A stretch of 64,000 nucleotides of DNA from contig CAWGMK010000006.1 of the NCBI GenBank assembly GCA_963823655.1, positions 224,001 through 288,000 of the forward strand, in the 5' to 3' direction. Position numbers and translations under genes: made by a program. Source of the DNA: an uncultured Bacillota bacterium (GTDB taxonomy: Bacteria > Bacillota > DTU025 > MWDF01). Position 1 is the stretch's first letter; each line of letters opens with the position of its first letter. The notes under the pieces were generated by a model that saw only the letters and a program-made list of their open reading frames with translations, ran no database searches and had not been told where the DNA came from. Shown piece by piece: positions 9,605 to 20,801 of the stretch.

Positions 9605-11468
9605 ATGGCCGTAACAATGGATAACATACCTGTCACGGATATTATGGGTGCAGAGCTAAGGGCAATTGTTGAAGAGAAGATACTTCCCCTAGTTCAGAAG
9701 CCCGCAAGATATGTCGGAGGCGAGCCCGGCACGATAAGCGGGGCTTTCACGGATGTGAGGGCTTCAATGCTGCTTGCCTTCCCCGATGCTTATGAGGTGG
9801 GAATGTCCTTCCTTGGCTTCAAGATCCTTTACGACATAATCAACAGGCATGAAGGATGGCGCGCCGAGAGGGCCTACTCACCCTGGAGCGACATGGAACG
9901 GGCCATGAGGGCCGTCAGGCGTCCCGCTATATGGGCTGGAGAGCTTCACGCCAGCTAGGCAGTTCGATGCCATCGGCATTACGCTGCAGTACGAGCTGTC
10001 CTACACCAACGTGCTCCAAATAATCGACCTTTCGGGGCTGAAGCTGCTCTCATCGGAAAGGGCGGAGGATGACCCGATAATAATAGCCGGAGGGACCTGC
10101 GTGCTGAATCCGGAGCCTCTGGCTGACTTCATCGATTGCTTCCTATTGGGCGACGGTGAAGAGGCGATAACCGAGATAATGCAGGCGCTCGAGGACAGGC
10201 GGGCAAGAGGCCTGTCGAAGGCGGAGTGCCTGATGGCATTATCGGAGATCAAGGGGATGTATGTCCCTCTTCAGCATGACCCTCTGAAGGCGAAGATAAG
10301 AAGGAGGGTGCTTGCCGATCTGGAGCGCTTCCCGGCCGGTTTCGCTAACGACATAGTGCCGCTTCTGGAGTGCGTCCACGACAGGGCGGTAGTCGAAGTA
10401 ATGAGAGGCTGCGACAGAGGCTGCAGGTTCTGCCAGGCCGGATATGCCACCAGGCCGGTCAGGGAGAGGCGTGTAAAGAGCATCATGTCGGCGGCCGAGG
10501 GCGCTGCAAGGATTGGCGGCTATGACGAAGTCTCGCTGCTTTCCCTGTCGACGGCTGACTATTCAGGAATTGTTCCCCTGGTCGACGGGCTTGCGCCGTC
10601 GCTGGCGGAACACGGGGTGGCATTATCCCTGCCTTCTCTTAGAATCGATGCCTTCTCCATCAATCTTGCGGAGAAGGTCAGGACCCACAGGAGGACCGGC
10701 CTTACATTTGCACCTGAGGCCGGGACGCAGAGGATGAGGGATATCATCAACAAGGGAGTAACGGAAGAAGACCTCATGTCGGCAGCGAAAGCCGCTTTTG
10801 AGGCCGGATGGGAGCAGGTCAAGCTGTATTTCATGATCGGGCTCCCCTTCGAGGAGATGGAAGACGTCGAGGGCATAGCGGCCCTTGCGCTCAAGGTGCT
10901 CGCCCTGGGAAGGTCGGTGGCAGCGCCAAAAGGCAGGGCATCCAGGATCAGGCTGAGCATAGGCGTGAGCACTCTAGTACCCAAGCCGCACACGCCGTAC
11001 CAATGGCTCGGCCAGGAGCCGCAAGATGTCACAGAGAAGAAGAAGGCCAGGCTTAAGGGGCTTCTTGGCAGGAAAGACGTGGCGTTGTCCTTCTCTGACG
11101 GCTTCTCCAGCGGGCTGGAGGCGGCGCTGTGCCGCGGGGGCAGGAACCTGGGCAAGGTGATCCTAAGCGCCTATAAGCTGGGCGCAAGGTTCGACGGCTG
11201 GGGCGAGTGCATCATGCCGGGCTTCTGGTTCAAGGCATTCGAGTCCGAGGGCCTGGACATGTACATCGAGGCCTCGAGGGGATATGCCGTAGGCGACAGG
11301 CTTCCCTGGGGGCACATGGACGTAGGAGTCGATGAAGCTTTCCTGGTAGAGGAGTTCGAAAGGTCCAAAAGGGCGGAACTTACGCCTGACTGCAGGTTCG
11401 ACGGGTGCACGTCCTGCGGAGTGTGCGTAGCCGGAATTGAAAATTCGCTAAGAGGTTCGGAGGCATAA
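9605..11468 (+). CDS. TIGR03960-type B12-binding radical SAM protein (frameshift near 9920)
   Basis: VQKPARYVGGE, FPDAYEVGMS, LQYELSYTN, RGCDRGCRFC, TFAPEAGT; C-terminal DCRFDGCTSCGVC. Confidence 0.88.
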
Positions 11469-12187
11469 TGGGACACGGCGGGCATGTGATTAGGATAAGG
11501 TATGGCAAGCAGGGCGCCGGGAAGTACATATCCCACCTGGATACCATACGTGCGGCAGAAAGGGCGCTCAGGCGCCTCGGCCTGCCCCTACTCTACTCGG
11601 AGGGCTTCAACCCCCGCCCGAGGATGAGCTTCGCCGCGGCATTGCAAGTGGGTGTGCGTTCCGTTGCGGAATACATGGATGTTTTCCTGACGGAGCCGAT
11701 TGATCCAGAGGGTGTAGTAGAAAGAGGTTCCGAAGCGTTTCCGGAGGCCATGCCGATAATCGCGGCAGGGGCTTTCGACGGATCCTATACCTTGCCGTCA
11801 AAGGTTGTACAGGCCACATATTCCATACGCCCATATGGGATTTGTGGACAGTGCTGGTCCGAAACGGAACTCGAAGCGGCCCTGTCAAGGCTGATGGCCA
11901 TGGAAAACGTGGCCATCGCGGACAAGGACGGCAAAGAGAAGCAGGTAAGAGCATTGATAAACGAGGTCAGGGCAATGCCCGGCGAGCTGATAGTCAAGTT
12001 GGCTTGCGGCAACAGTAACCTGAGGCCTCAGGGGTTCATGGCGGCGCTCAAACAAGCGTCGGGCGCGGATTACGGCGTGTCGCAGGATATATGCAGGGTG
12101 GGACTCGAGCTGGAGCTCGGAGCCGGCCCGCAGGATCCTTTGGCCGGCTGCGCCGGAAATTACTATTCAAATAAGTTTAGGAGCTGA
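11468..12187 (+). CDS. TIGR03936/DUF2344 radical SAM-associated protein
   Basis: YISHLD..ERALRR..YSEGFNPRPRMSFA..L.VG; usual partner of the upstream gene. Confidence 0.88.
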   Translation: MGHGGHVIRIRYGKQGAGKYISHLDTIRAAERALRRLGLPLLYSEGFNPRPRMSFAAALQVGVRSVAEYMDVFLTEPIDPEGVVERGSEAFPEAMPIIAAGAFDGSYTLPSKVVQATYSIRPYGICGQCWSETELEAALSRLMAMENVAIADKDGKEKQVRALINEVRAMPGELIVKLACGNSNLRPQGFMAALKQASGADYGVSQDICRVGLELELGAGPQDPLAGCAGNYYSNKFRS

Positions 12188-12191
12188 GAAT

Positions 12192-14843
12192 GTGGCAAGG
12201 AAGATAGTAATAGATAACAGCAACGGCGAGGTAAGAGCCGCCGTCATAGAGGATGGCAAGCTGGCCGACCTGTTCATAGAAAGAAGCAGGCACCCTTCGG
12301 TGCTGGGCAACATCTACAAGGGCAAAGTCGAAAACGTATTGCCCGGAATGCAGGCGGCATTCGTGGACATCGGCCTGGAGAAGAACGCCTTCCTCTACGT
12401 GGATGATGCCATGGCAAGCCTGCCGGACATCGTCAAGTCGACGAGGAACGGCGACGAAGTCGAGCTGCCCAAATCCCGGGGCAAGAGCATAAAAGAGCTG
12501 CTCAAGCCGGGGCAAGAGGTGCTCGTACAGGTTACAAAAGAGGCTATCGGCACAAAAGGGGCCAGAGTCGTTACAGATGTTACGCTCGCAGGCCGCTATG
12601 TAGTGCTTATCCCTTCCGTTAACTACGTCGGGGTCAGCCGCAAGATCCAGGAGGATTCCGTTAGGGACAGGCTGCGCGATCTGGCCCACAAGGTAAAGCC
12701 GAGGGGCATGGGCCTTATCGTAAGGACGGTGGCGGAGGAGCAGCCCGACGAGGAAGTGGTCAGGGACATAGAGTTCCTGAACAGGGCATGGAAGAAGATC
12801 AGGGCGAAGTCTGCAAGGTCAAAAGCCCCGTATCTGCTGCATTACGACGCGGACCTCGTATATAGGATGGCAAGGGACTACTTCGGGGACGATGTAACGG
12901 AATTCACGGTTAACACGCCGGTGGACTACAACAAAGTATCCGACCTCCTGCACATAGACGAAGGGAGAGAAGGATCCCAGAATCAGGCTGTACGCAGATA
13001 AAAAGCCTGTATTCGAGGCATACGGCATAGAAGAGGAGATCTGGAAGGCAACCAGACGCAAGGTGTGGCTCAACAGCGGCGGATATCTAATATTCGATAC
13101 GACAGAGGCATTGACCGTCATAGACGTCAACACCGGCAAGTTCACGGGCAGCAAGGACCTCGCGGATACTGCTTTCAGGAACAACCTTGAAGCCGCCGCA
13201 GAGCTTGCAAGGCAGATAAGGCTCAGGAACATCGGCGGCATCCTCATCGCCGACTTCATAGACATGGAATCGGATGATCACAAGAAGAGGGTGCTTGAGG
13301 AGCTCGAAAAGCACTTGACCAAGGATAAGGCCAGGACCTCGGTCCTCGGGATAACGAAACTGGGCCTCATAGAGATGACGAGGAAGAAGTCCCAGCAGGG
13401 TCTCGTCGAGCTTACCCACAGGGTGTGCGATGTCTGCGACGGCAGGGGAAAAGTAATATCCGAGGAGACGCTTGCATTGAGGGCGGAAAGGCTCATAAAG
13501 CGCGAAGCGGCGGCCACAGATATGCAGGCCCTGTTGATCGGGCTTAACCCATATGTCGCAGGCGAGCTGTCGCTAGACTCGAGCTCAGCCATAAAAGAGC
13601 TGGAAGAGCAGACTATGAGGGACATCTTCATCAAGGCGGATGCAACGCTTGGCCGTGACGATGTCAAAGTCATCGCGGCAGGCAGCCTCGAGGAGATTTT
13701 GGCCCTTGTGCACCCGGTGAAAAAAGGCGAGACGATCGAAGTCCATATAGGACAGCCCAACCAGGAAAGGCCCGATCAGGGCATCGCGCTGTACAAAGGC
13801 CTGCCGATACACATAGAAGACGGGGCCACGCTAGTAGGAAAGACCCTTAAGGTCAAGATAAGCAGGGTCTTCAAAGGATATGCCAAGGCCAGGGTAGAAG
13901 GGCGCCACGAAACAAGGATTGAGCAAAGGCGCGATGAGCCCGAGGAAGACGGGATAATAATCGAGATGAGGGAGCCCAGAAGGCAGCAGAATATTCCTGT
14001 CGCCAGCCCTCCTGCCCCGGTTAGGGTTGAAATTCCCGAAGCTCGACGATGTTCCGGAAACCGAAGTTCTAGCTGGCGACGCAGTGCCGGGCCAGGAGGC
14101 AAAGAAGAAGCGCAGGAGACGCCGCCACCGCAAGAACGCGAAGGAGAGGGCCGCAATGCAAGCCGGCCTTGAGGCTGAAGCGCCTGTCGAAAAACGACGA
14201 CTTGCCTCAGGCCTCGCCTGAAAAGGCCGAGGCGCCTGCCGAGCCTGCCATTATTGAGGCAAAGCCGGATACTTCAGCTCTTATAGCGTCAGAAGCGGGA
14301 GCAGACCCAGCCGCAATGACCGCCTCAAAGAAGAGGCGCCGCAGAAGGCATCGCAGCCGCAAGCCGGCCCAGGCCATCGAGGGAACCTCTATGTCCGGCA
14401 GTGAGGCAGTCATGGACGAAGCAGTCCCGGGCAAAACCATGATGCCTGCCAATCAGCTGCCTGTTGCCACGCCTACAGCACAAAAGGCCGCAACAACGCA
14501 AACGCACCCGGTCATAACGGCCGAAACCGGAAAGGCGGCGGCAAATACTGCGTCCGGCCCGACGGAAGGAACCCGTAAGGCCTCCTCACAGCAGACCCGA
14601 AGGCCTCGGGCAGGATCGCAAAATGCGGCAAAGAAAGCGCAGAAACCTGCGGATACGGCCGGCCTCAAGCAGGAAGCGCCCGATTCCAAGCCCCAGTAAG
14701 CGGAAGCTGCCGCCGCGCCGACACAGCAGAAATTAGGCGGAGACTGTGGCCGAGGCGAAGCCTAAGCGCCAGTATAACCGCAGGAAGAAGACACCGGATG
14801 CGGCAAGCAAGGCAAATTCCGCAGTTGACACCAAGGCGGAGTG
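12192..14843 (+). CDS. rng: Rne/Rng family ribonuclease with TRAM domain and long low-complexity tail (several apparent frameshifts; 3' end uncertain)
   Basis: GNIYKGKVENVLPGMQAAFVDIG, TEALTVIDVNTG, RLRNIGG..DFIDM, CxxCxGxG Zn-link; pieces in ORFs 12192, 13063, 14027, 14169, plus a final stretch ending at TGA 14843. Confidence 0.85.
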
Positions 14844-14853
14844 ATTATATACT
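14825..14853 (+). promoter_or_regulatory. SigA-type promoter of the rplU operon, overlapping the rng 3' end
   Basis: TTGACA-17 bp-TATACT. Confidence 0.8.
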
Positions 14854-14860
14854 TTTTATC

Positions 14861-14945
14861 TGTGGCAGCCTGTCTGCCATACTGCCGCTCGGAGAAGGCC
14901 AGTAAAGGTCAGAAGTGACCTGCCTTGAGCCGGCGAGCCTGTATA
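14861..14945 (+). ncRNA. L21 leader-like ribosomal protein leader
   Basis: Hairpin tggcag/ctgcca, then GCCGC..AGG..ACCT..GGCGAG pattern just before the rplU RBS. Confidence 0.65.
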
Positions 14946-14958
14946 AGGAGAAATGCTG

Positions 14959-15270
14959 ATGTACGCAGTAATCGAGACCGGCGGTAAGCAGTACCGCGTA
15001 GAGCCGGGCCAGATTTTAAGAGTTGAGAAGCTCGAAGCCCAGAAGGGCGAAGAAGTCATCTTTGACAGAGTCCTGATGTTGGTGGACGGCGAGTCCGTCA
15101 AAATAGGCTCTCCCGTGGTCGAAGGCGCCAAGGTTAAGGCAACGGTCCTGGTCCAGGACAAGTCCAAGAAGGTAATAGTCTTCAAGTACAAGCCCAAGAA
15201 GAGGATAAGGACCAAGACAGGCCATAGGCAGCCCTTTACTGAAGTAAGGATAGAGGCCTTGGAGGCATAG
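14959..15270 (+). CDS. rplU: 50S ribosomal protein L21
   Basis: [14 protein letters not shown]...GHRQPFT. Confidence 0.97.
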   Translation: MYAVIETGGKQYRVEPGQILRVEKLEAQKGEEVIFDRVLMLVDGESVKIGSPVVEGAKVKATVLVQDKSKKVIVFKYKPKKRIRTKTGHRQPFTEVRIEALEA

Positions 15271-15271
15271 C

Positions 15272-15592
15272 ATGATCGAAGTCTGGGTGCGCAGGGAGGG
15301 CGGCAAGATTACCGCTTACCGCGTCGAAGGACATGCCGGTTGGGCGCAGGCAGGCCGAGATATAGTATGCGCTGCGGTCTCTGCCCTGGTTATTGGGACA
15401 GAGAACGGATTGGATGAAGTCGCCGGTGCGGTTAAGGTATCGCGAAGCTCCGATGGTAAGCTTGAAGTAGAGCTTAAGAAGGAGCTGGGCGAGGAGGCCA
15501 GGATAATGGCGGACGCCATACTGGAAACCATGCTAAACGCCCTGCGCAAGATAGAAAACCAGCATCCAAGGACAATCAGGATTCACGATTGA
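15272..15592 (+). CDS. prp: Ribosomal-processing cysteine protease Prp (YsxB)
   Basis: GHAG...DIVCAAVS motif, located between rplU and rpmA. Confidence 0.93.
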   Translation: MIEVWVRREGGKITAYRVEGHAGWAQAGRDIVCAAVSALVIGTENGLDEVAGAVKVSRSSDGKLEVELKKELGEEARIMADAILETMLNALRKIENQHPRTIRIHD

Positions 15593-15615
15593 AATTCGGC
15601 ATGGAGGTGCCTTTC

Positions 15616-15906
15616 ATGATTAAGATGAATTTACAGCTCTTCGCACATAAGAAGGGTGTCGGCAGCTCAAGAAACGGCAGAGATTCACACTCTCAGAGGC
15701 TCGGCATCAAGAAGTTCGGCGGCGAGGTAGTAAGAGCAGGCAACATTATCGTCAGGCAGAACGGAACCAAGGTCCATCCGGGCGCCGGAGTGGGCATGGG
15801 CAGTGATTACACCCTGTTCGCCCTCGTTGACGGAAATGTCAAGTTCGAGAGGGTCGGCAAGGACGGCAAGAGGGTCACCATAGTAGCGGCAGCCGTAGAG
15901 GCCTAA
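15616..15906 (+). CDS. rpmA: 50S ribosomal protein L27 with Prp-cleaved N-terminal extension
   Basis: [24 protein letters not shown]. Confidence 0.97.
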   Translation: MIKMNLQLFAHKKGVGSSRNGRDSHSQRLGIKKFGGEVVRAGNIIVRQNGTKVHPGAGVGMGSDYTLFALVDGNVKFERVGKDGKRVTIVAAAVEA

Positions 15907-15926
15907 AACAAAATATTACATCCTTT

Positions 15927-15967
15927 GCCGGGCGGAAGCTTAAGCTTTCGTCCGGCTTTTCTCTTTC
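15927..15967 (+). terminator. Intrinsic terminator after rpmA
   Basis: gccgggcggaagc-ttaa-gctttcgtccggc followed by TTTT. Confidence 0.8.
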
Positions 15968-16015
15968 ACAGGAGGCGCGCACGGTTTAGAATTGGTGTAG
16001 CGCACGAAACCGGAG

Positions 16016-18798
16016 GTGGCTGGCTTGACAAAGAAGGGCGTCCTGGAAAAGGGCTTTGCGGTATTGGCGGTAGCCGCCGCAGCCCTGGTTTTCATATTCG
16101 CAGTAGTGATGCCGATACTAAGCTCATTCTTGACGGAGCTATGGTGGTTTGAGGACATCGGTCAGAAGGCGGTATTTGTAAAGAGAATCTTTACCGCCGT
16201 ATCCACCGGCGCAGTCGCTTTCGCAGCGGCATGCGCCATCATGCTGTTGAATGCCCTGATAATCAGGAGGACAATGGCATCAGAACGCAAAGCGGGCCGA
16301 CGGAAATACCCGGATTATTTCAACGCTGACGATTGCGGCATCTCTGATTGCGGGTGCCACTGCAGGCCTTTCTGTGGGCGCAAACTGGATGAAAGTGCAG
16401 CAGTTCCTGCATTACTCCGAATTCGGGAAGTCCGACCCGATTTTCGGCCTTGATGCGGCTTTCTACGTATTCAGGCTGCCGATATTCCAATTTCTGTACA
16501 GCGGACTAATGCAGCTGCTAGTCGCCGCTGCCGCAATGGCAGGGCTTGCGTACCTTTTCGAAGCGCTGCGCACCGAACCTTATGACATGGAGTTTACCGG
16601 GCCTTTCGGCACCCGGAGGCGCAGCTCCGTTAAGATGAAATTCGATCAGATCGGAGCGGGTGCCAGGAACCATCTGATCGCTTTGGTATCCCTGATCTTC
16701 GCCTTGAAGGCGGTAGGGTACCTTCTCTCGATATACAACCTGGTCTATTCGCCGAGGGGAGTAGCATTCGGCGCAAGCTATGCCGACCTGCATGGCACTC
16801 TTCCCGGCCTTAAAGTGATGATCGCCCTATGCTTCATTTCGGCGGGGCTCATCATCTATGCGCTTCTGAGCAAACGTGGAATGAAGCCGGTGATTGCCGC
16901 GGGCATTCTCATGATTGCGGGCTCTTTCGTTACCGGTACCGTAATACCCGGGCTCGTGCAGCAATGGTATGTGGAACCAAACGAGCTTGAGGCTGAGAAG
17001 AGCTACATCGAATACAACATAGACTTCACAAGGGCGGCCTACGACCTGGACAAGATCGAGGACAGGGATTTCGTCTCCAACGGGGACATCTCCAAGGAGG
17101 ACCTGGCCGCAAACGCCAAGACCGTCGAAAACATTAGGCTCTGGGACTGGGAGCCGCTTCTTTCGACGCTGTCGCAGCTACAGGAGATGCGCCTTTATTA
17201 CAACTTCAACGATGTGGACATCGATAGGTATATGGTTGACGGAAAATCAAGGCAAGTAATGCTCACCGCAAGGGAGATGGACGTAGACAGCCTTCCTACA
17301 CAGGCGCAGACATGGATCAACAGGCACCTTAAGTATACGCATGGATACGGGCTTGTAATCAGCCCGGTCAATGAGGCTACGACGGAAGGCCTGCCAACAT
17401 ACCTCATGAAGGACATCCCTCCTCAGGGAAACGCGTCGTTTACGATTGACAGGCCTGAAATCTACTTCGGCGAGCTCACCGACGACTATGTACTGGTGGA
17501 CACATCAGTCGACGAGTTCGACTACCCGCTTGGCGAGCAGAATGCCGAGACAAGGTGGACAGGAGACGGTGGCGTCTCATTGTCCGGCTTCTTCAGGAAG
17601 CTAATGTATGCCTACAGGTTCGGCACCGTGAAGATCTTCCTTTCTGGGGACATCACGGCGGACAGCAGGGCCCTGTACAAGAGGTCGATTATCGATAGGC
17701 TAAACAGCATAGCCCCATTCCTATGGTATGATGCGGATCCTTACATAGTAATGGCCGATGGCAGGCTGAAGTGGGTGGCGGACGCCTATACCTACACCGA
17801 GAACTACCCCTACTCGGAGCCGATACAGAACTACTCTTCGTGGGGAAGGGGCCCGAATTACATCAGGAACAGCGTTAAAGCGGTAGTTGATGCATACACG
17901 GGCGAGACGGACTTCTATATTGTGGATACAACAGACCCGCTGGCCCAGACATACTCAGGGATCTTTCCCGGCCTTTTCAAACCGGGCGATCAGATGCCCC
18001 AGAGCATAAGGGACCACTTCCGCTATCCTGAGGACCTGTTTATGATACAGGCGCGTATGTATGCCATTTACCATATGCAAAGCGCATCGCAGTTTTATAA
18101 CAAGGAGGACCTCTGGAGCATCCCCAACGAAGTCTACGGTTCGAGCACGTGCCGAGTTAAAACCGTATTTCGTCAATATGTCGCTGCCGGACGATGACCA
18201 AAAGGGACAGAGCTTCCTGACCATGATGCCCTTTACGCCTTCCAAGAAGAACAACATGGTATCCTGGATGGCCGGCCTTTGTGACGGTGAGGACTACGGC
18301 AGGATAATCGTCTACAAGTTCTCCAAACAGAGGATCTTCTACGGCCCAATGCAGATAGAATTGCAGATCGACCAGGATTTGGAGATATCCAAGCTGTTCG
18401 CGCTCTGGAATCAGAAGGGGTCGAGCGTGATTAGGGGCAACCTGCTCGTATACCCCATAGATCACTCAGTGCTCTATATTGAGCCCATATTCCTTGCTGC
18501 AGAGAGAAGCCAGTTGCCGCAGCTGAAATTGGTGCTTGCCTCAGACGGCACAAGAATTGCCATGGGCAGCACATTGTCGGCGGCCCTTGCGATGCTTTTG
18601 GGGGAGAGCGAGGCCGAACTGGGCAGGAGCGGGACGATAGATGACGCACCCAGCTCGCTGGCGGCAGAGGCGGACCGCCTGTTCAAGAAGGCTCAGGACA
18701 GCCTGAAAGCATCCGATTGGACAGGTTACGGCGCGGCGCAGGACGAGCTGGGCCGGGTCATCGGTCTTTTGATCGAAAGGCTTGGCAATGAGCAATAA
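16016..18798 (+). CDS. UPF0182 family membrane protein (frameshifts near 16310 and 18150)
   Basis: ELWWF, FGKSDPIFGLDAAFYVFRLP, NIRLWD, HLKYTHGYG, NYIRNSVK, VIRGNLLVYP across ORFs 16016, 16374, 18061. Confidence 0.9.
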
Positions 18799-19744
18799 TG
18801 TGACGCCTGTACCGGACTACGGCATTAGAGAGCATAAGCAAGGGTTCCTGCTGCAAAGCAGGGGCCCTTGTGACCTTGAAAAGAGCCTGCACAGCGGGCA
18901 GGCCTTCAGGTGGCGAAGGTCCGAGGGCCATCACGAAGGAGTCGTCAGGGGAAAGTTTCTGATGCTAGAACAGAAGAGTCCCTCCGAAGTGCTGCTTCTT
19001 AAGCCGGGCACCATCGACGATGCAAAGCTCGCCCACGATTACCTCGCATTGGATGTTGATCAGAAGGGAATAGAACGCTCCTTGTCCCTGGATGGCGGGC
19101 ACATGTCCGAGGCTGTGAAACTTTCGACCGGGCTGAGGACGCTAAGACAGGAGCCCTGGGAGACACTGATCGCTTTCATAATCTCGGCAAATAACGGAGT
19201 GACCAACATAACCAGGGTCATTGATAATCTCGCATTGCTTTACGGAGACGCGGTGGAAGGCCCCAGGGGCCCCTATCATGTATTCCCGAGGCCAGGACAG
19301 CTGATAGATGCCGGCCACGACGGAATTTGGGCATGCAAGGCTGGCTTTAGGACCAGGGGCATCTGTGAGGCGGCGGCAGGGGTTGCTTCGGGGAGCATCG
19401 ACCTTGAGGAAATTGCGTCCTCCTCTTACCCCAAAGCGAAGGAGAAGCTCATCAAGCTGCACGGAATTGGGGAGAAAGTGGCTGATTGCATAATGCTCTT
19501 TTCCATGGACAAGCCCGAAGCCTTTCCTGTAGATGTGTGGATTGAGCGCATAGTCAGGCTTCTTTACTTCGAGGGCAAAAAAGTGAACCACTCAGCTATC
19601 AGGAAATGGGCGTCGCTGAGGTACGGAAACCTTGCGGGATACGCCAACCAGTTCCTGTTCAACTACGGCAGGAAGTTTGCGGCCTCCGAGCTAAGGAGCA
19701 TGGATAAGGCCTCCAAGCAGGAAAATGCCCCGATTGAAACATAG
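18788..19744 (+). CDS. 8-oxoguanine DNA glycosylase/AP lyase (Ogg1 type)
   Basis: SGQAFRW, LRQEPWETLIAFIISANN, HhH LHGIGEKVADC, FPVDVW, GYANQFLF. Confidence 0.9.
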   Translation: MSNNVTPVPDYGIREHKQGFLLQSRGPCDLEKSLHSGQAFRWRRSEGHHEGVVRGKFLMLEQKSPSEVLLLKPGTIDDAKLAHDYLALDVDQKGIERSLSLDGGHMSEAVKLSTGLRTLRQEPWETLIAFIISANNGVTNITRVIDNLALLYGDAVEGPRGPYHVFPRPGQLIDAGHDGIWACKAGFRTRGICEAAAGVASGSIDLEEIASSSYPKAKEKLIKLHGIGEKVADCIMLFSMDKPEAFPVDVWIERIVRLLYFEGKKVNHSAIRKWASLRYGNLAGYANQFLFNYGRKFAASELRSMDKASKQENAPIET

Positions 19745-19754
19745 AACAAACATA

Positions 19755-19784
19755 TTGCATCTGTGCTTATACGCAGGTTATAAT
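19755..19784 (+). promoter_or_regulatory. Promoter of tRNA cluster 1
   Basis: TTGCAT-18 bp-TATAAT about 25 nt before tRNA-Val. Confidence 0.65.
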
Positions 19785-19808
19785 GATAAAGCATCGTTTA
19801 GCAACCCG

Positions 19809-19884
19809 GGGCGAATAGCTCAGCTGGGAGAGCACCTGCTTTACAAGCAGGGGGTCACAGGTTCGAGTCCTGTTTCGCCCACCA
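19809..19884 (+). tRNA. tRNA-Val(TAC)
   Basis: Cloverleaf, anticodon arm cctgc-TTTACAA-gcagg, CCA end. Confidence 0.95.
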
Positions 19885-19903
19885 GGAAGCAAAACGGTTA
19901 CGC

Positions 19904-19980
19904 GGAGGCGTGGTGTAGTGGTCTAACATGCCTGCCTGTCACGCAGGAGATCGCGGGTTCGACTCCCGTCGCTTCCGCCA
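19904..19980 (+). tRNA. tRNA-Asp(GTC)
   Basis: cctgc-CTGTCAC-gcagg, G discriminator, CCA. Confidence 0.95.
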
Positions 19981-19985
19981 ATAAT

Positions 19986-20061
<76 letters not shown>

Positions 20062-20074
20062 TCTCTTTTTATAT

Positions 20075-20149
20075 GCGGAAATAGCTCAGTGGTAGAGCAT
20101 CACCTTGCCAAGGCGGGGGTCGCGGGTTCGAATCCCGTTTTCCGCTCCA
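20075..20149 (+). tRNA. tRNA-Gly(GCC)
   Basis: GCGGAAA/TTTCCGC acceptor stem, TTGCCAA loop, TCCA end. Confidence 0.93.
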
Positions 20150-20181
20150 TATTTCGGAGGCCCGACTAATCTGGGAACCTG

Positions 20182-20256
<75 letters not shown>

Positions 20257-20259
20257 GAA

Positions 20260-20336
20260 GGGGCGCTAGCTCAGTTGGTTAGAGCGCAACGTTGACATCG
20301 TTGAGGTCAGTGGTTCGACCCCACTGCGTCCCACCA
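20260..20336 (+). tRNA. tRNA-Val(GAC)
   Basis: caacg-TTGACAT-cgttg, ACCA end. Confidence 0.95.
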
Positions 20337-20340
20337 TTTT

Positions 20341-20370
20341 AGCAGGCCAGACGGCCTGCTTTCTTTTTTT
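20341..20370 (+). terminator. Terminator after tRNA cluster 1
   Basis: agcaggcc-agac-ggcctgct followed by a T run. Confidence 0.88.
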
Positions 20371-20547
20371 ATGGCACGGCCTTCGGCCTAAAAGCCAACC
20401 AGATCGGCCAACGCCCATTCAGGAGCCTCCCTAAAATAAGAGCTCTAATCGGCCGGTTTAACGTGGATTTATCTTCGGTTCATCACAATCGCGAATGAAA
20501 AACTTGACTTGGAGCCGATTACGCAATAGCATTCTAATAAGATACAG

Positions 20548-20786
20548 ACGCGATGATGGGGAAATATACCGAAGTTGCGCAAAAGAGACGCCAGGGCCTA
20601 TAGGCTGAGAGCCCGGCGGGCGCAAGCGGAGTAAGACCACCCCGGAGCACGCCTTGTAAGAGCAAAGCTTCAAGAGGCGCGGTGGGCACCGTTAAAAGCC
20701 GATCGAGAGGGCATGCCAGGCGCTTGCCAATTCGGGTGGAACCGCGGATTATATCCGTCCCGTATCAGGGGCGGATTTTATTTTTT
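20548..20786 (+). ncRNA. T-box riboswitch (Thr, ACC specifier) upstream of thrS
   Basis: GCGATGA start, AGAGA and GGCTGAGA boxes, specifier ..AAG-ACC-ACCCC GGAGC, T-box AATTCGGGTGGAACCGCGG, terminator atccgtccc/ggggcggat-TTT; TTGACT promoter at 20504. Confidence 0.9.
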
Positions 20787-20801
20787 AGAGGAGGTGTCGA
20801 A

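Noticed and set aside
20385-20400. TAAAAGCC-like word recurring in intergenic regions (about 1960, 20389, 26011, 61484)
   Set aside because: Too short, not palindromic, and the flanks do not align; no support for a repeat family.
20336-20500. Integrative element at tRNA 3' ends
   Set aside because: No integrase, no duplicated tRNA 3' end and no compositional shift after either tRNA cluster.
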